Origin: a virus
Taxonomy: Duplodnaviria; Heunggongvirae; Uroviricota; Caudoviricetes
Direction: 5' to 3' (one strand)
DNA: 31,860 bases
Virus record (IMG/VR): IMGVR_UViG_2778261226_000007
The notes beneath the pieces are model-generated. The model did no database searches, was not told the DNA's origin, and saw only the letters and a program-made list of their open reading frames with translations. The stretch's first letter is position 1; each line of letters opens with the position of its first letter. Below, in pieces: positions 9,230 through 18,933 of this stretch. The position numbers and the translations under genes are program-made.

Positions 9230-10448
9230 CTCCACTCTCCTTTTTCTTACCGTTGTCATCGCCAGCAGAGGGACTGGTGGTCATGTTCATCGGTGTCAGA
9301 TACACATCACCACCCGGTCTGGGATTCATATCTTCCAGATCACGGCAGTCATTAGGGGAATAAATCCCCCAGTTGATCCCCGTGGCATACGCTTCAAAGC
9401 GGGATTTCATGTCGCCACGCAACAATGCTCCGGCATTAAATTTGGCGTAAAACTTCCCCTGCTTGCTCTCCCTGACCAGCCCTGTATTGATCCGTTGCTC
9501 AATACGGGTCAGATACGGCACAAGGGAATAGTTAATGAAACCAAGCCCCAGCTCTTCAATATTGTTGAAGGTGGCGCGATCGGTGTTCTGCACCATATGC
9601 AGCGGCACGCGGAACAGGCGACAGATTTCTTCCAGCTGAAACTTACGGGTTTCCAGGAACTGGCTGTCCTCGGCATTCAGTGCCACCGTTTTCCAGTCCA
9701 GCCCCATTTCCAGAATCATCGGACGATGAGAATTTCCCAGCCCGACATGCCGTTCCTCAAAATCCTTTTTGATACGCGCATAAGCCTGATCAGAAAGTTG
9801 TTGATCCGTACGCAACACACCGGATGTCACTGCACCGTTGCCAAACAACCTGGCACCGTGCTCCTCGGTTGCCGCTGCCAGTGAAATGGCCTCACGCGCA
9901 TACGCAATGGGATTCAGCCCGACCAGTCCGTCCAGCGTCAGAGTACGCACATGCCAGATTTCATCCTGAGTCAGCACATCCACAGAACCATCCGGAAATG
10001 TCACCTGATAAACCGGCTGCCACTGACAGTTCAGCTTCGGCTCCACACATCCCGGATCTATAGGAAGAAGCTCCACCACTTCTCCCAGCGCCTTCACCTT
10101 GTAAGCGTAAAAATTACCCCGCAGACACAGGCAGACGATAACCAGCTCCCAGAATTCCTGCGGTGTCATGTAGCCATTGGGTTTTGCCGAAATCAGCTTA
10201 TGCAGTCGTTCATCCACTGCCCGTGTTTTAAGAGTGCCGGTGATTTTGTAGAGGCTGCAGGGCAGCATACCAACAGACTCCGCCAGCACCCTGACGCAGG
10301 AATACACCGCCGTCAGCCGCATGGCCCGCTGACTGCTGATCCGCTTTCCGGTATAGGTGTCGTATGACAACCCAAGTTCTTCCGCAAGCATCCCGGGCGT
10401 TGTGACGGGGGTATTATTTTTACGTTGAAAAAGCCCCTGGAAAAACAT
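9207..10448 (-). CDS. Portal protein (HK97 family)
   Basis: 413-aa ORF downstream of the terminase large subunit with an acidic C-terminus (GDDNGKKKESGDADKTAS). Confidence 0.85.
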   Translation of the reverse strand: MFFQGLFQRKNNTPVTTPGMLAEELGLSYDTYTGKRISSQRAMRLTAVYSCVRVLAESVGMLPCSLYKITGTLKTRAVDERLHKLISAKPNGYMTPQEFWELVIVCLCLRGNFYAYKVKALGEVVELLPIDPGCVEPKLNCQWQPVYQVTFPDGSVDVLTQDEIWHVRTLTLDGLVGLNPIAYAREAISLAAATEEHGARLFGNGAVTSGVLRTDQQLSDQAYARIKKDFEERHVGLGNSHRPMILEMGLDWKTVALNAEDSQFLETRKFQLEEICRLFRVPLHMVQNTDRATFNNIEELGLGFINYSLVPYLTRIEQRINTGLVRESKQGKFYAKFNAGALLRGDMKSRFEAYATGINWGIYSPNDCRDLEDMNPRPGGDVYLTPMNMTTSPSAGDDNGKKKESGDADKTAS

Positions 10449-10630
10449 TACTCACCTCCGGAGGCGACCCGGTGACCACGATCGAGATAACGCGCAACCA
10501 GCCACGACCAGCACAGGCACAGCCCCCCGGCAACAACAAAACCTGCCGGGGGATAAATCAGCCATGTGCCATACGACAGCAAAAGCGCCCCCAGCACGCC
10601 CACCAGTGGCGTGAGAATTATCAGAAACAT
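10448..10630 (-). CDS. Small hydrophobic protein (two predicted TM helices)
   Basis: 60-aa ORF between the terminase and portal genes; its stop overlaps the portal start. Hydrophobic throughout. Could be spurious. Confidence 0.3.
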   Translation of the reverse strand: MFLIILTPLVGVLGALLLSYGTWLIYPPAGFVVAGGLCLCWSWLVARYLDRGHRVASGGE

Positions 10631-10641
10631 AATGACCTCGG

Positions 10642-12399
10642 TTAAAGCGAGCGGATACCAACGCTGACCAGATGCTCAGACAGATCCGGCTCCGGTTCAC
10701 CGCCATTGACCAGCATCCGGCTCATTGCTGTAAACATCGCAACAGGACCGTCGATTTTGGCTTCCAGCGTGGATTTATTCGGGAAGATATTGTCGTTTTT
10801 GTCCGGTTTTACCGTAACGTTAGACATCATCCAGTTCATGACCGGATGATTGCTGTGATGGAAACGCCCGGCATAGACCAGTGATTCCGTTTCCTTCATG
10901 GCCTCTGACAGATTGCGAACCGTCTGCGGAACCTCCACCAGCGGTATCCCTTCTTCAGCCAGTGCCAGGCTGAACTGCATCGCGCTCCACGGGTCAAATC
11001 CCAGTTCCCTGAGGTTTTCACCACCAATCCATTCCAGTAAGTCACTTTTTATCTGAGCATGATCGATAACATCACCATCCGTCAGAATCAGCTTATCCAT
11101 CTCCGCCCACTTCCGGTAAAGTTCTGCCTGCTGCCGCGAGCATCGTTCCAGCCGTCCTTCCGGAAGCCAGAATTTAAAATCGGCATGAACATGCCCGTTA
11201 TCCGTTCGCCAGAGTTTTGCCGCCGCACAGATATCAATCTTATGAGCAAGGTCAACGCCGACCCACATGGGATACGTTTTCAGCTCATGTCGTGGGGCAA
11301 TGTATTCGCACTTCTCCCACTTAATCATGTCCATCCAGGCAGACTCTGCTGTTACCCACACATTCATGTGTTTGGTAAAAAAATTCACCCGTGCAGAGAC
11401 CTGTTCTTTCGCTTTTTTCGCCAAGCGACGCAGATCATCCCAGCGTTTACAGATGCCCAGGCCGGGATTCGCTTTCTGCCAGACCGTTTCATCAAACGGA
11501 TCATCTCCCTCATCGAGGGTGTAAATAATCGCAAAGTAGGAGTCGTCTTTTACCGCGCCCTCCACGTCGCTGTTATAGCCACGCAATACCTTGATGGCGT
11601 AATCACGCTGCTCGTAACAAATCCCTTCCTTGTTAAACCCTGCCGTGGTGATACCAAATAAAAGGGACTGCAGACGAGCACCGGTTGCCGTTTCCAGAAC
11701 GTCCCACACGTCACGGGTTTTATGTGCATGCAGCTCATCAATAATGGCGCAGTGGATGTTCAGACCATCCAGGTTGTTTGCATCCGAAGAAAGCGGTTCA
11801 AATTTTGATGCGCTCTGCTCCTGGTAAATCGCCAGCTTGTTGAAATCAAACAACCGCCCGAGTGTCGACCGGGCTTTTCTGACCATATTTTTGGCGTCTT
11901 CAAACACGATTCTGGCCTGGTCACGCGTGGTTGCGGCTGAATACACCTCAGCTCCGCCTTCACCATCTGCCCCCGTCATATACAGGCCGATACCCGATGA
12001 CAGAGTTGATTTTGCGTTTTTACGGGCGACTTCGTTGTACGCCGTCCGGAACCGGCGCACCATCACCGGACGTCCGCTGCCATCGCTGCGCATGACAACT
12101 TCCCCGGTCTCTTCATTGACCAGCGGAATGACAAAACCAAAAATATTAATGAGGATAAATACATGCCAGTCCATCAACTCAATGGGCTGGCCTGCCAGCG
12201 CCCCTTTTACATGAGGCACAAATTTGTAGAAATTCAGGATGTGCTGCGCACGGGGTTCACTGAAATAAATCCCCCGCTCTTCGCCGTACTTCAGATCATC
12301 AAGAAAACGCTGGCAGGCCAGGCGGACAAATTCGCCAGCAACAATTTCTCCTGCAACAACACGTTCGGCGTAGCGGATCCCGTCAGCCACTTTTGCCAT
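10642..12399 (-). CDS. Terminase large subunit
   Basis: 585-aa ORF; its start overlaps the small-subunit stop; position in the packaging module. Confidence 0.9.
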   Translation of the reverse strand: MAKVADGIRYAERVVAGEIVAGEFVRLACQRFLDDLKYGEERGIYFSEPRAQHILNFYKFVPHVKGALAGQPIELMDWHVFILINIFGFVIPLVNEETGEVVMRSDGSGRPVMVRRFRTAYNEVARKNAKSTLSSGIGLYMTGADGEGGAEVYSAATTRDQARIVFEDAKNMVRKARSTLGRLFDFNKLAIYQEQSASKFEPLSSDANNLDGLNIHCAIIDELHAHKTRDVWDVLETATGARLQSLLFGITTAGFNKEGICYEQRDYAIKVLRGYNSDVEGAVKDDSYFAIIYTLDEGDDPFDETVWQKANPGLGICKRWDDLRRLAKKAKEQVSARVNFFTKHMNVWVTAESAWMDMIKWEKCEYIAPRHELKTYPMWVGVDLAHKIDICAAAKLWRTDNGHVHADFKFWLPEGRLERCSRQQAELYRKWAEMDKLILTDGDVIDHAQIKSDLLEWIGGENLRELGFDPWSAMQFSLALAEEGIPLVEVPQTVRNLSEAMKETESLVYAGRFHHSNHPVMNWMMSNVTVKPDKNDNIFPNKSTLEAKIDGPVAMFTAMSRMLVNGGEPEPDLSEHLVSVGIRSL

Positions 12400-12881
12400 C
12401 AGTCTCTCGCTTTTAAAAGCTCCGCCAGCGGATCAACATCATCCGGTCCGGCGATATTTACTTTAGCCCGGCTTGCCGGTGACATACCAAACTCTGCAAG
12501 CATTGCCCGGATCCGCTTCCAGGCATCCGCTTTCATTGCCGCCGCGGGGTGCGCCTTAATCAGTACATCACCGCTCTGCGTTTCCGTGCGGTAAGTATAC
12601 CCCTCAACATCGAGTGTTTCGCAGTGATGCCGATATTCGGTGTAGGCTTCCACCAGCAACTCGAGCGCACGTGCATCAAGCTGAGAAATGATCCCTTCCG
12701 CATTCAGCTCTTCCGCCATTCGCCTGAACCAGTACTTCCCCTGAGCCCCTAAATGCTGCGGAATTTTAGGAAGACCTTTTTCATCCTTTTTAGCGGTTTT
12801 TTTGTGGTCTTTAACGGGACGCTTTGAGGGGTTGCCTCGTATCAAATGCAGGCGTGGCGGGGTTTTCGGAGGTCCTGACAT
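12399..12881 (-). CDS. Terminase small subunit
   Basis: 160-aa basic protein immediately upstream of the large subunit. Confidence 0.75.
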   Translation of the reverse strand: MSGPPKTPPRLHLIRGNPSKRPVKDHKKTAKKDEKGLPKIPQHLGAQGKYWFRRMAEELNAEGIISQLDARALELLVEAYTEYRHHCETLDVEGYTYRTETQSGDVLIKAHPAAAMKADAWKRIRAMLAEFGMSPASRAKVNIAGPDDVDPLAELLKARD

Positions 12882-13029
12882 AATCGGTCTTACCTATCAA
12901 TCGTTTGTTCACATTTCCAAAAAAAAGTTTTCGAACCTGCGGCGATGTGAGGAAGGGTCAGGCGGCGGTACTGAGCAGCCAGGGTTGCAGAGATTTGACC
13001 CGCCCCTCCCTTACAGATGAGAACGATTA

Positions 13030-13380
13030 TCAGTTGATGCGTTCACGCGCTGTTTTCTCTTTGTGGCAGGGCCAGCACAGACTCTGCAGGTTGCTGTTTG
13101 CGTCTGTTCCGCCATGCGCTTTCGGGATGATGTGGTCGACAGTTTTCGCCTCGCTCACCACACCGACACGCAGACACAACTGACACAGACCTTTATCGCG
13201 CTTCAGAATACGGGCACGAATCACCGTCCATTTTGAGCCATAGCCACGCTGGTGGCGGCTCAGTCCGCGCTGGTGCTGCACCCAGCCTTCACCGCGATGC
13301 TTATCGCAGTAACCCGAACTGTCTGTTGTTGTGCCTGCACATCCACGCTTACGACAGGCGCGGGGTATTCGTGATGGCAT
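13030..13380 (-). CDS. HNH endonuclease
   Basis: Cys-rich ORF with HNH-type motifs (CQLC...DHIIPKAHGG...N...CWPCH), in the usual HK97-like position just upstream of the terminase genes. Confidence 0.85.
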   Translation of the reverse strand: MPSRIPRACRKRGCAGTTTDSSGYCDKHRGEGWVQHQRGLSRHQRGYGSKWTVIRARILKRDKGLCQLCLRVGVVSEAKTVDHIIPKAHGGTDANSNLQSLCWPCHKEKTARERIN

Positions 13381-13441
13381 TGGAATCTCCTTAATACCGG
13401 CATTATCGCAGCCCCTCGCTGAAGGGCTGCTGTAATGCCTG

Positions 13442-13744
13442 TTACTCAGTAACGACTGCGCCTTCCGGTAATTTCATACCTGCAAATACCGGACAACCAG
13501 GATGACGAGCATCTTCTGTTGCTTCCAGCATTGACTCACCAAACCACTCCGTCGTGGCGCGACCATCAGCAGCTTTGTAGTGGAGTAAGTACTGGTTTTC
13601 GCCATCCGCATACTGCGCGCGGGCTTTAACCTCACCCCATTCATCACTGATGCGCATCTCCACCAGTTGAGACAACTCAAACTTAAACGGAACAGCAGCG
13701 GCACCAATTGCAACCGGTTTGTTTTCTGTTTTTTCCATCATCAT
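13442..13744 (-). CDS. Hypothetical phage protein
   Basis: 100-aa ORF with a GGAG RBS, preceded by a terminator-like hairpin. Confidence 0.45.
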   Translation of the reverse strand: MMMEKTENKPVAIGAAAVPFKFELSQLVEMRISDEWGEVKARAQYADGENQYLLHYKAADGRATTEWFGESMLEATEDARHPGCPVFAGMKLPEGAVVTE

Positions 13745-13754
13745 CTCCAGATAT

Positions 13755-13778
13755 AAAAAAGCCCCGCATTTGCGGGGC
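13755..13778 (-). terminator. Intrinsic-terminator-like hairpin
   Basis: Minus strand: gccccgcaaatgcggggc followed by tttttt. Confidence 0.5.
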
Positions 13779-13800
13779 TACAAACAGGCATCACAGCCAG

Positions 13801-14016
13801 TTAGCTAAGTCCGACAGACATAAAATCATCACTACCTAAACGATGGGAACCATAACGAACTTCATACTCCCCATTCAATTCAGAGCGTTTAGACTTTGCG
13901 CCATCCTCCGTTGCATAAATGCCGACCAGATGCCAGGGTTTGTCACGTACTACAGCCCAACCAAGAACCCATCCCTGATTATCAGGATCAGCCTTCAGGT
14001 TATTTTCTACAAACAT
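13801..14016 (-). CDS. Hypothetical protein
   Basis: Start taken at MFVENN, which has an AGGAGA RBS. Confidence 0.4.
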   Translation of the reverse strand: MFVENNLKADPDNQGWVLGWAVVRDKPWHLVGIYATEDGAKSKRSELNGEYEVRYGSHRLGSDDFMSVGLS

Positions 14017-14056
14017 AGTGTTCTCCTTTTGGGTACCCAGAGACATTCTATGTCAT

Positions 14057-14281
14057 TCATGAAACAGGCAACAACGTGGCCGTTACAATCCCCGCCATAT
14101 TTGCGTTCAGATCACATTCAACAGAAATTTCTTCATCCGTGGCATCCACTTCATATGTCCGGGAATAACACTCCGTGCATTTACCACTGAAGATATCCTT
14201 AACCAGAACACGTCCACGCTGCAAAACCCTGAATGGAATCGTTCCGTTAAAGGGCTTTACGGTTACCAGTAATCTCTTCAT
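14057..14281 (-). CDS. Hypothetical small protein
   Basis: Start taken at MKRLLVTV, which has a GGAGGGG RBS. The longer ORF-track version is probably an upstream extension. Confidence 0.35.
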   Translation of the reverse strand: MKRLLVTVKPFNGTIPFRVLQRGRVLVKDIFSGKCTECYSRTYEVDATDEEISVECDLNANMAGIVTATLLPVS

Positions 14282-14454
14282 ATCCCCTCCGGATAAAAAT
14301 GCCCCTTGCCGCCCGGGCTGTTGTTCAAAGTTCATCCTGATTCGGCAAGATTCAGAATGTATAAGACAAATTGGCACACACAGCAGAATTTCATGCTTTC
14401 TGGACGCTGGCGCATCCTTCATTTTTCAGCGAAATATTCTGCTCTTACGGGCGA

Positions 14455-14637
14455 TCAGCTCTGCAGACACTGTCGAACACCGTCGACAATTTCGCAGACC
14501 TGAGAAGCCGTATCGAAAAGCTGGCGCGCCTTATCCAGGCTGACGCACCCCACCAATAAAAAAGGCACCAGTATCGCTACCAGTGCCCATTTTGCCGCCG
14601 CTCGCGGCATTCTGTGTGTCCGGTGTTTTCGGCTCAT
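14455..14637 (-). CDS. Small putative lipoprotein
   Basis: Signal peptide plus lipobox (ALVAILVPFLLVGC). Immediately preceded by an unlisted 36-aa hydrophobic ORF at about 14638..14748. Confidence 0.3.
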   Translation of the reverse strand: MSRKHRTHRMPRAAAKWALVAILVPFLLVGCVSLDKARQLFDTASQVCEIVDGVRQCLQS

Positions 14638-14884
14638 ATCACCACCAACGCACAGCCCAAATCAGAACAGCGACCGCCACAAGGCGAATTGCAAAGGCCG
14701 CAGCCCTTGTCAAATCAAGGCTCGCGGGAGTTTCCACTTCAATACCTTTCATAATGGACAACCTCAAAAAGAATCTTTTATACTTTCCCACGAGGATTTT
14801 CTCCGTACTCACTACTCACAATTTCCTCTTTGACGTGAAAACTAAAAACCCCGGACTGTTCCAGCAGCTGGGGTTTTGTTTTTT

Positions 14885-15166
14885 TTATTTACTGGTATGA
14901 GTACGGCATTTAGCTATTTCATCCCGGGCTTTACTGTCTCCGCGACAGATACAACGAACCGTGTCACCCGCCAGCGTGGTGATGTAGGCTTCATCCGTTT
15001 TTTCCACCGAAATGCATGGTACATTGCCATCCCGGCAATACTCCACTTGGGCAGCAAGGTGAGTGTTGCGCGGGTAAAATTCCAGGCGATACATATTCCC
15101 CAGAACATGCACTTCTTCAACCTGACGCCCATCTTCCATTACCGTGATTTTTTTCAGTGCGTACAT
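14885..15166 (-). CDS. Hypothetical protein
   Basis: Start taken at MYALKK with a GGAGGT RBS; flanked by terminator-like hairpins on both sides. Confidence 0.4.
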   Translation of the reverse strand: MYALKKITVMEDGRQVEEVHVLGNMYRLEFYPRNTHLAAQVEYCRDGNVPCISVEKTDEAYITTLAGDTVRCICRGDSKARDEIAKCRTHTSK

Positions 15167-15197
15167 ACGTACCTCCGTTCTTTCGTTTTTTGAGCAA

Positions 15198-15219
15198 TAA
15201 AAAAGCCGCTCATGGCGGC
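15198..15219 (-). terminator. Intrinsic-terminator-like hairpin after the endolysin gene
   Basis: Minus strand: gccgccatgagcggc followed by tttttt. Confidence 0.5.
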
Positions 15220-15236
15220 CCTGTATGTTCTGCAAG

Positions 15237-15620
15237 CTATCGTTTCAACTGAAAGTGAGGCCCATCCTTTAATGACCGCCACTCACCGCCCCATTCGATG
15301 GGGGTATTCAGCTCTTTCGCTGCCTGCTTAAATGCCTGCGCGATTTTCTCGTACAGAGGCCAGTCCCATGACACCTGGCTGCCAACCCAGGCAACAACAT
15401 CCACCGCATCACCGGTCAGGTGGCGGCTGTTCATGGTCTGGCTTTTCCCTTCCGCGACCAGCTGTTTCTGGCGTTCTTTCGTGCGCAGCCCTTCCGTAAT
15501 ACCGAAATCAACCTCCGTCAGCTCCAGCGCACGGCGAACGACAGCAACCAGCTGTGGTTTAACGCCCTCCAGATTCTTTTCGCTGCGACGACTGAATCTG
15601 AATTTACCCGACATATTCAC
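15237..15620 (-). CDS. Endolysin, peptidase M15 family (L-alanyl-D-glutamate peptidase type)
   Basis: 127 aa; SRHLTGDAVDVV looks like an M15 zinc-binding motif. Last gene of the lysis cassette, with its start overlapping the upstream membrane protein stop. Confidence 0.7.
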   Translation of the reverse strand: MNMSGKFRFSRRSEKNLEGVKPQLVAVVRRALELTEVDFGITEGLRTKERQKQLVAEGKSQTMNSRHLTGDAVDVVAWVGSQVSWDWPLYEKIAQAFKQAAKELNTPIEWGGEWRSLKDGPHFQLKR

Positions 15621-15892
15621 CTCAACAATGGAAAGATTTTTGTGACGTTCCCGCGTGCGCGTATCACCAGCACGCAGAACAGCAGGTTAAAAAACACTTC
15701 CAGCCAGCCCGTTGCTAACGGGCGACCACACAGATAGCTGAGGGGCGCAAAGGCATACAGCAGCATCAGCAACCAGGCCAGCCATGACATCAGCGGTTTA
15801 TGTCTGGAATCACGACGACGATAAAAAAAGAGCGTCAGCACGATAACCGTGCATAACGCCACATTCAGCAATCCGGGAAGGTTACTTAACAT
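15617..15892 (-). CDS. Small membrane protein in the lysis cassette (holin/antiholin-like)
   Basis: 91 aa, two or three hydrophobic segments, GGAGGAGG RBS. Overlaps the upstream holin-like ORF and is ATGA-coupled to the endolysin. Confidence 0.5.
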   Translation of the reverse strand: MLSNLPGLLNVALCTVIVLTLFFYRRRDSRHKPLMSWLAWLLMLLYAFAPLSYLCGRPLATGWLEVFFNLLFCVLVIRARGNVTKIFPLLR

Positions 15893-16274
15893 TGCCGCCT
15901 CCTCCACCCCGCAGGCGGGAGAACAGGCCGGACACCAGCGATGCAATATCCTGCTGGTGGATGAACGAGAGAATCTTCACCGACACCACGGCCACCAGCA
16001 CCGCACACAGTGCATCCGCCGATGTACCGTCATAACCTGTTTTTGATGCAATCCAGGCTGACAGCACATGCGCACCCAGCACGCCAACGATAAACGACAC
16101 CAGAAAATGCGCCGCCACACGCCAGGCTGAAAGCGCCTGCGGCATCGTTGCCACAAATAACGCCCCAGCGAACGCCCCAAACACAATCCCGAAATCCGTT
16201 CCGGTAAACAGCCCGAATACCGTCGCCCCGCCGAGCGCCGCAGCCGTACCGGAACCGGACAAGGGTTCAGACAT
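15882..16274 (-). CDS. Putative holin
   Basis: 130 aa with several Gly/Ala-rich hydrophobic helices. Start taken at MSEPLSG with an AGGAGA RBS. First gene after a terminator hairpin. Confidence 0.5.
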   Translation of the reverse strand: MSEPLSGSGTAAALGGATVFGLFTGTDFGIVFGAFAGALFVATMPQALSAWRVAAHFLVSFIVGVLGAHVLSAWIASKTGYDGTSADALCAVLVAVVSVKILSFIHQQDIASLVSGLFSRLRGGGGGNVK

Positions 16275-16292
16275 ACTTTTTCTCCTGTAAAT

Positions 16293-16314
16293 AAAAAAGG
16301 GCCACTGTCGGCCC
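16293..16314 (-). terminator. Intrinsic terminator immediately upstream of the lysis cassette (tR'-like position)
   Basis: Minus strand: gggccgacagtggccc followed by tttttt, about 20 nt before the holin RBS. Confidence 0.55.
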
Positions 16315-16404
16315 GTAAAAAAACAACACCCCGTCAAAGGCACCCGCAGATACCTTTTGTGTGGTGTTATCTGATGTGATGTGCGCCGGACGTGGCGCGG
16401 ATAT

Positions 16405-16428
16405 AAAAAAGGCCCGCCGCAGCGAGCC
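16405..16428 (-). terminator. Terminator-like hairpin after the AraC-family gene
   Basis: Minus strand: ggctcgctgcggcgggcc followed by tttttt. Confidence 0.45.
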
Positions 16429-16453
16429 TGTTTTCAATGAGTGCAAAATTCAA

Positions 16454-17197
16454 TTATTCTTGAGTAACACTTAAACTCATCTCATTGAATGCAGCCATCC
16501 TGTAACCTGCCGGTGTAACACCAAAATAACTCCTGAATACGCTGATAAAATAAGATGTAAAATTATAGCCACACTGAGCAGCGATTCTGTTGATGGCGCA
16601 ACGAGATTGATTCAACAGCATTGCTGCCATTCTCATTCTCTCTGTAAGCAACAACTCACTGAAACAGGTGCCTTCTTCTTTCAGTCTTTTTTTTAACAAA
16701 CTTTCACTGATACATAACCGCGAAGACACATCTCTCAGAGTCCAGTTTGCTGCAATGTCCGTACGAAACAATGCACTAAGCCTGTCACTAATATTGCCAA
16801 TACACGCGGTCAGAAACGACGAAAACATTTTCTCTGATGAGAAAAACGCCAGACACGAAAAGGAAAGCATTTCCGCTAAATTGTCCGTATGAATCTTTTC
16901 CTCACAAAGATAATCAATCAGGATGCCCATCAATTCTGCCTTGGGAAAACTCACGCAAAGATATCGTGGTATTTGCCGGACTAAAACTACATCCTGTTTT
17001 TCGTCTCCACACAACAGGTAACGGATAATTGTCGATTCACTGAGACTTATTCGCCGAAAACATTCCGAAAAGGGCAATAACGATCCAGCTCCCCCCCTGA
17101 CAAGAAGTGCACTACCACTTTCCAGAGAGAGCTCTTTTCCTTCAAAGAGCACAACAAACGGGGAATGAACAAAAACAACAGAACAAGCTTCATTCAT
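16454..17197 (-). CDS. AraC-family transcriptional regulator (AT-rich cargo gene between Q and lysis genes)
   Basis: C-terminal AraC-type double HTH region. Segment is visibly AT-rich; start taken at MNEACSVV. Confidence 0.8.
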   Translation of the reverse strand: MNEACSVVFVHSPFVVLFEGKELSLESGSALLVRGGAGSLLPFSECFRRISLSESTIIRYLLCGDEKQDVVLVRQIPRYLCVSFPKAELMGILIDYLCEEKIHTDNLAEMLSFSCLAFFSSEKMFSSFLTACIGNISDRLSALFRTDIAANWTLRDVSSRLCISESLLKKRLKEEGTCFSELLLTERMRMAAMLLNQSRCAINRIAAQCGYNFTSYFISVFRSYFGVTPAGYRMAAFNEMSLSVTQE

Positions 17198-17319
17198 ATC
17201 AATTGCCCTGACATTACTGGTCACAAGATAAGTATATATCGATTTACAAAAATACAAGCCGAAAGACCAGTATTCGCAACCACCAGCGCGTTTAACGTCC
17301 TGTACCGTTTTTCAGGCAT

Positions 17320-17342
17320 AAAAAAACCCGCTCAGTGGCGGG
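17320..17342 (-). terminator. Intrinsic-terminator-like hairpin between the ORF6N gene and the AraC-family gene
   Basis: Minus strand: cccgccactgagcggg followed by ttttttt. Confidence 0.5.
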
Positions 17343-17420
17343 TTTAAGCTGTTTGGCGTAGTAACCACTCTTAACAGGATATTCAACTTTTTACGATCGT
17401 AAAGCGTTCGGGGAAAATTT

Positions 17421-17909
17421 TTAAAACCGTTCCAGAGTGCATACCATCGCATCGGCGGGTAGTTTTTCCGTGAAGTCGACCTGACCGTGTTTATCGAAGT
17501 GGATCAGTAATGCGCATCCATCATTTTGGGTTGGGGTGTTTTGTGCTGCTGGTGGTTGTTTTTGGCTGAAATAACAGTCTTCCAGTTTTTCGAACACTTC
17601 CCACGCCTGATCGGTTTCCAGCATTTTGGCGTGACGGGCTGCTCCGCGTTCTGTCCAGAGGATGAGGTGCTTTGTACGCGGTGCAACTAAGTTACTTTGA
17701 GTAACCTTGTTCTTAAATTCCCGCAACTCAGCCCCTTCCAATTTGAAGTAGTGTTTCCCACAAACAAAACGCTCGGCATTGCGTGTATAGTTCACTTTGA
17801 TGTTATTAGTTTCGGTGCCATAAAGTTGTGCCAAAAGCTCGGTAGTAATGACAGGGATTTGGTTATGGGTGATCGGGGAAAGAGTTTCAACTGAGATTTG
17901 AATAGCCAT
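17421..17909 (-). CDS. ORF6N-domain protein (antirepressor-like)
   Basis: N-terminal block (...NYTRNAERFVCGKHYFKLEG...LILWTERGAARHAKML...) is clearly paralogous to the N-terminus of the 24402..25256 protein. Confidence 0.7.
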   Translation of the reverse strand: MAIQISVETLSPITHNQIPVITTELLAQLYGTETNNIKVNYTRNAERFVCGKHYFKLEGAELREFKNKVTQSNLVAPRTKHLILWTERGAARHAKMLETDQAWEVFEKLEDCYFSQKQPPAAQNTPTQNDGCALLIHFDKHGQVDFTEKLPADAMVCTLERF

Positions 17910-18182
17910 AGGATGATCCTTTTTCTATGTGAATCATCACCACTGCTGACGCCAATCAGTATGGTGGTGAACTGTGCAGGGTTGGCGTAACCGGGAAAAA
18001 GGAACCGGCGCGGATCGCTCCGCCCCCACACAGCCCACCATTGAGATGTGACAGTGCAAACGACAATAAAAAAGACGCTGGCGCGTCTGTTGTCGCCTTT
18101 TTCATCCGGGACGCCAATCCCGACGCCAGATTTTGCTGGCGCGTGAGGAATATAGCCCCGGACAATGTGTCTGGTCAAGCTC
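17910..18182 (-). promoter_or_regulatory. Leader module C: promoter, short terminated transcript and structured region upstream of the ORF6N gene, directly after Q
   Basis: Minus strand has TTGACC (18178-18173), an 18-nt spacer and TATATT (18154-18149); a hairpin plus U6 (gacgcgccagcgtcTTTTTT, 18066-18087); and a GCGA tetraloop hairpin (18010-18023). Homologous at nucleotide level to modules A and B. Confidence 0.55.
18067..18141 (-). ncRNA. Candidate short leader RNA C (~75 nt, promoter to intrinsic terminator)
   Basis: Inferred from the promoter and terminator positions; predicted internal hairpins (gccag/cuggc, cggga/ucccg). Start and end are approximate. Confidence 0.35.
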
Positions 18183-18578
18183 CTACATGATTCGTTCTAC
18201 GTATCTGTCCATCTCCAGTCGGATATCAAGCATCATCAACATGCCATCAATAACCCCTTCCGCTTTCTGCAGGCGCTTGCCAATACAGGTATCCGAACAC
18301 CCATGCTTTCGTGCCAACCCCATAAAAGTCATTCCACCTACGTAATAATCCACCAACAAATCGTGCAAATCCTGATTTTTCTTGTTCAACCGGGCCATAC
18401 AGCCACAAATTATCATTGCATCATCATCAGAACACTGAGGGCGTGATTTCACTTTCGGCGGGATTAATCCTTTAAAACCAGCAGCGATTGACGCCCATGA
18501 CACATCTTCGTGATTGTTCGCAGCCCATGATCCCCACCGCTCCATAACCTGCTGAATATCACGCACCATCGTTATCAC
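18183..18578 (-). CDS. Late-gene antitermination protein Q family
   Basis: 131 aa, Cys-containing, in the lambdoid position after RusA and before the late region. Assignment by recalled similarity to Q-family proteins. Confidence 0.65.
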   Translation of the reverse strand: MITMVRDIQQVMERWGSWAANNHEDVSWASIAAGFKGLIPPKVKSRPQCSDDDAMIICGCMARLNKKNQDLHDLLVDYYVGGMTFMGLARKHGCSDTCIGKRLQKAEGVIDGMLMMLDIRLEMDRYVERIM

Positions 18579-18933
18579 CTGTAATTTCGTAAATCTTCAC
18601 GCCCAACCGCCCACCAGGAACAGGCAGTCCGCGCACAATATTGATTTCATCAAACTGCTCGTCGTCTATAAGTAGTCCGGCATGCGTCAGCGCATCCAGT
18701 GGTGCTTTCAGAATATTGTCCAGGTCACGACGGCGCTTATCCGGCGGCTCTGCAATAATTTTTATTGCCAGCCTTCCGGACAGATTTAATTTCAGTCGCT
18801 GCTGGCGAACAATAAGCGCCACATCCCGGCGATAACGCTCCCCTGCTTTTGATACAAAATATGTGCTGCCACGACGACGCCAGTAGGTGTTCACCGTCGG
18901 TGGGTAAGGTAAAACACACTCTAAGCGCATCAA
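18559..18933 (-). CDS. rusA: RusA-family Holliday junction resolvase
   Basis: [10 protein letters not shown]...[29 protein letters not shown] matches the conserved RusA core (catalytic Asp cluster). Confidence 0.85.
   Translation of the reverse strand: MMRLECVLPYPPTVNTYWRRRGSTYFVSKAGERYRRDVALIVRQQRLKLNLSGRLAIKIIAEPPDKRRRDLDNILKAPLDALTHAGLLIDDEQFDEINIVRGLPVPGGRLGVKIYEITGDNDGA

Noticed and set aside
14841-14888. GC-rich hairpin with flanking A/T runs (aaaaccccggactgttccagcagctggggttttgtttttttt) as a defined terminator
   Set aside because: The stem is imperfect and could serve either strand; it probably ends the 14885..15166 transcript, but I am not confident enough to list it as a feature.
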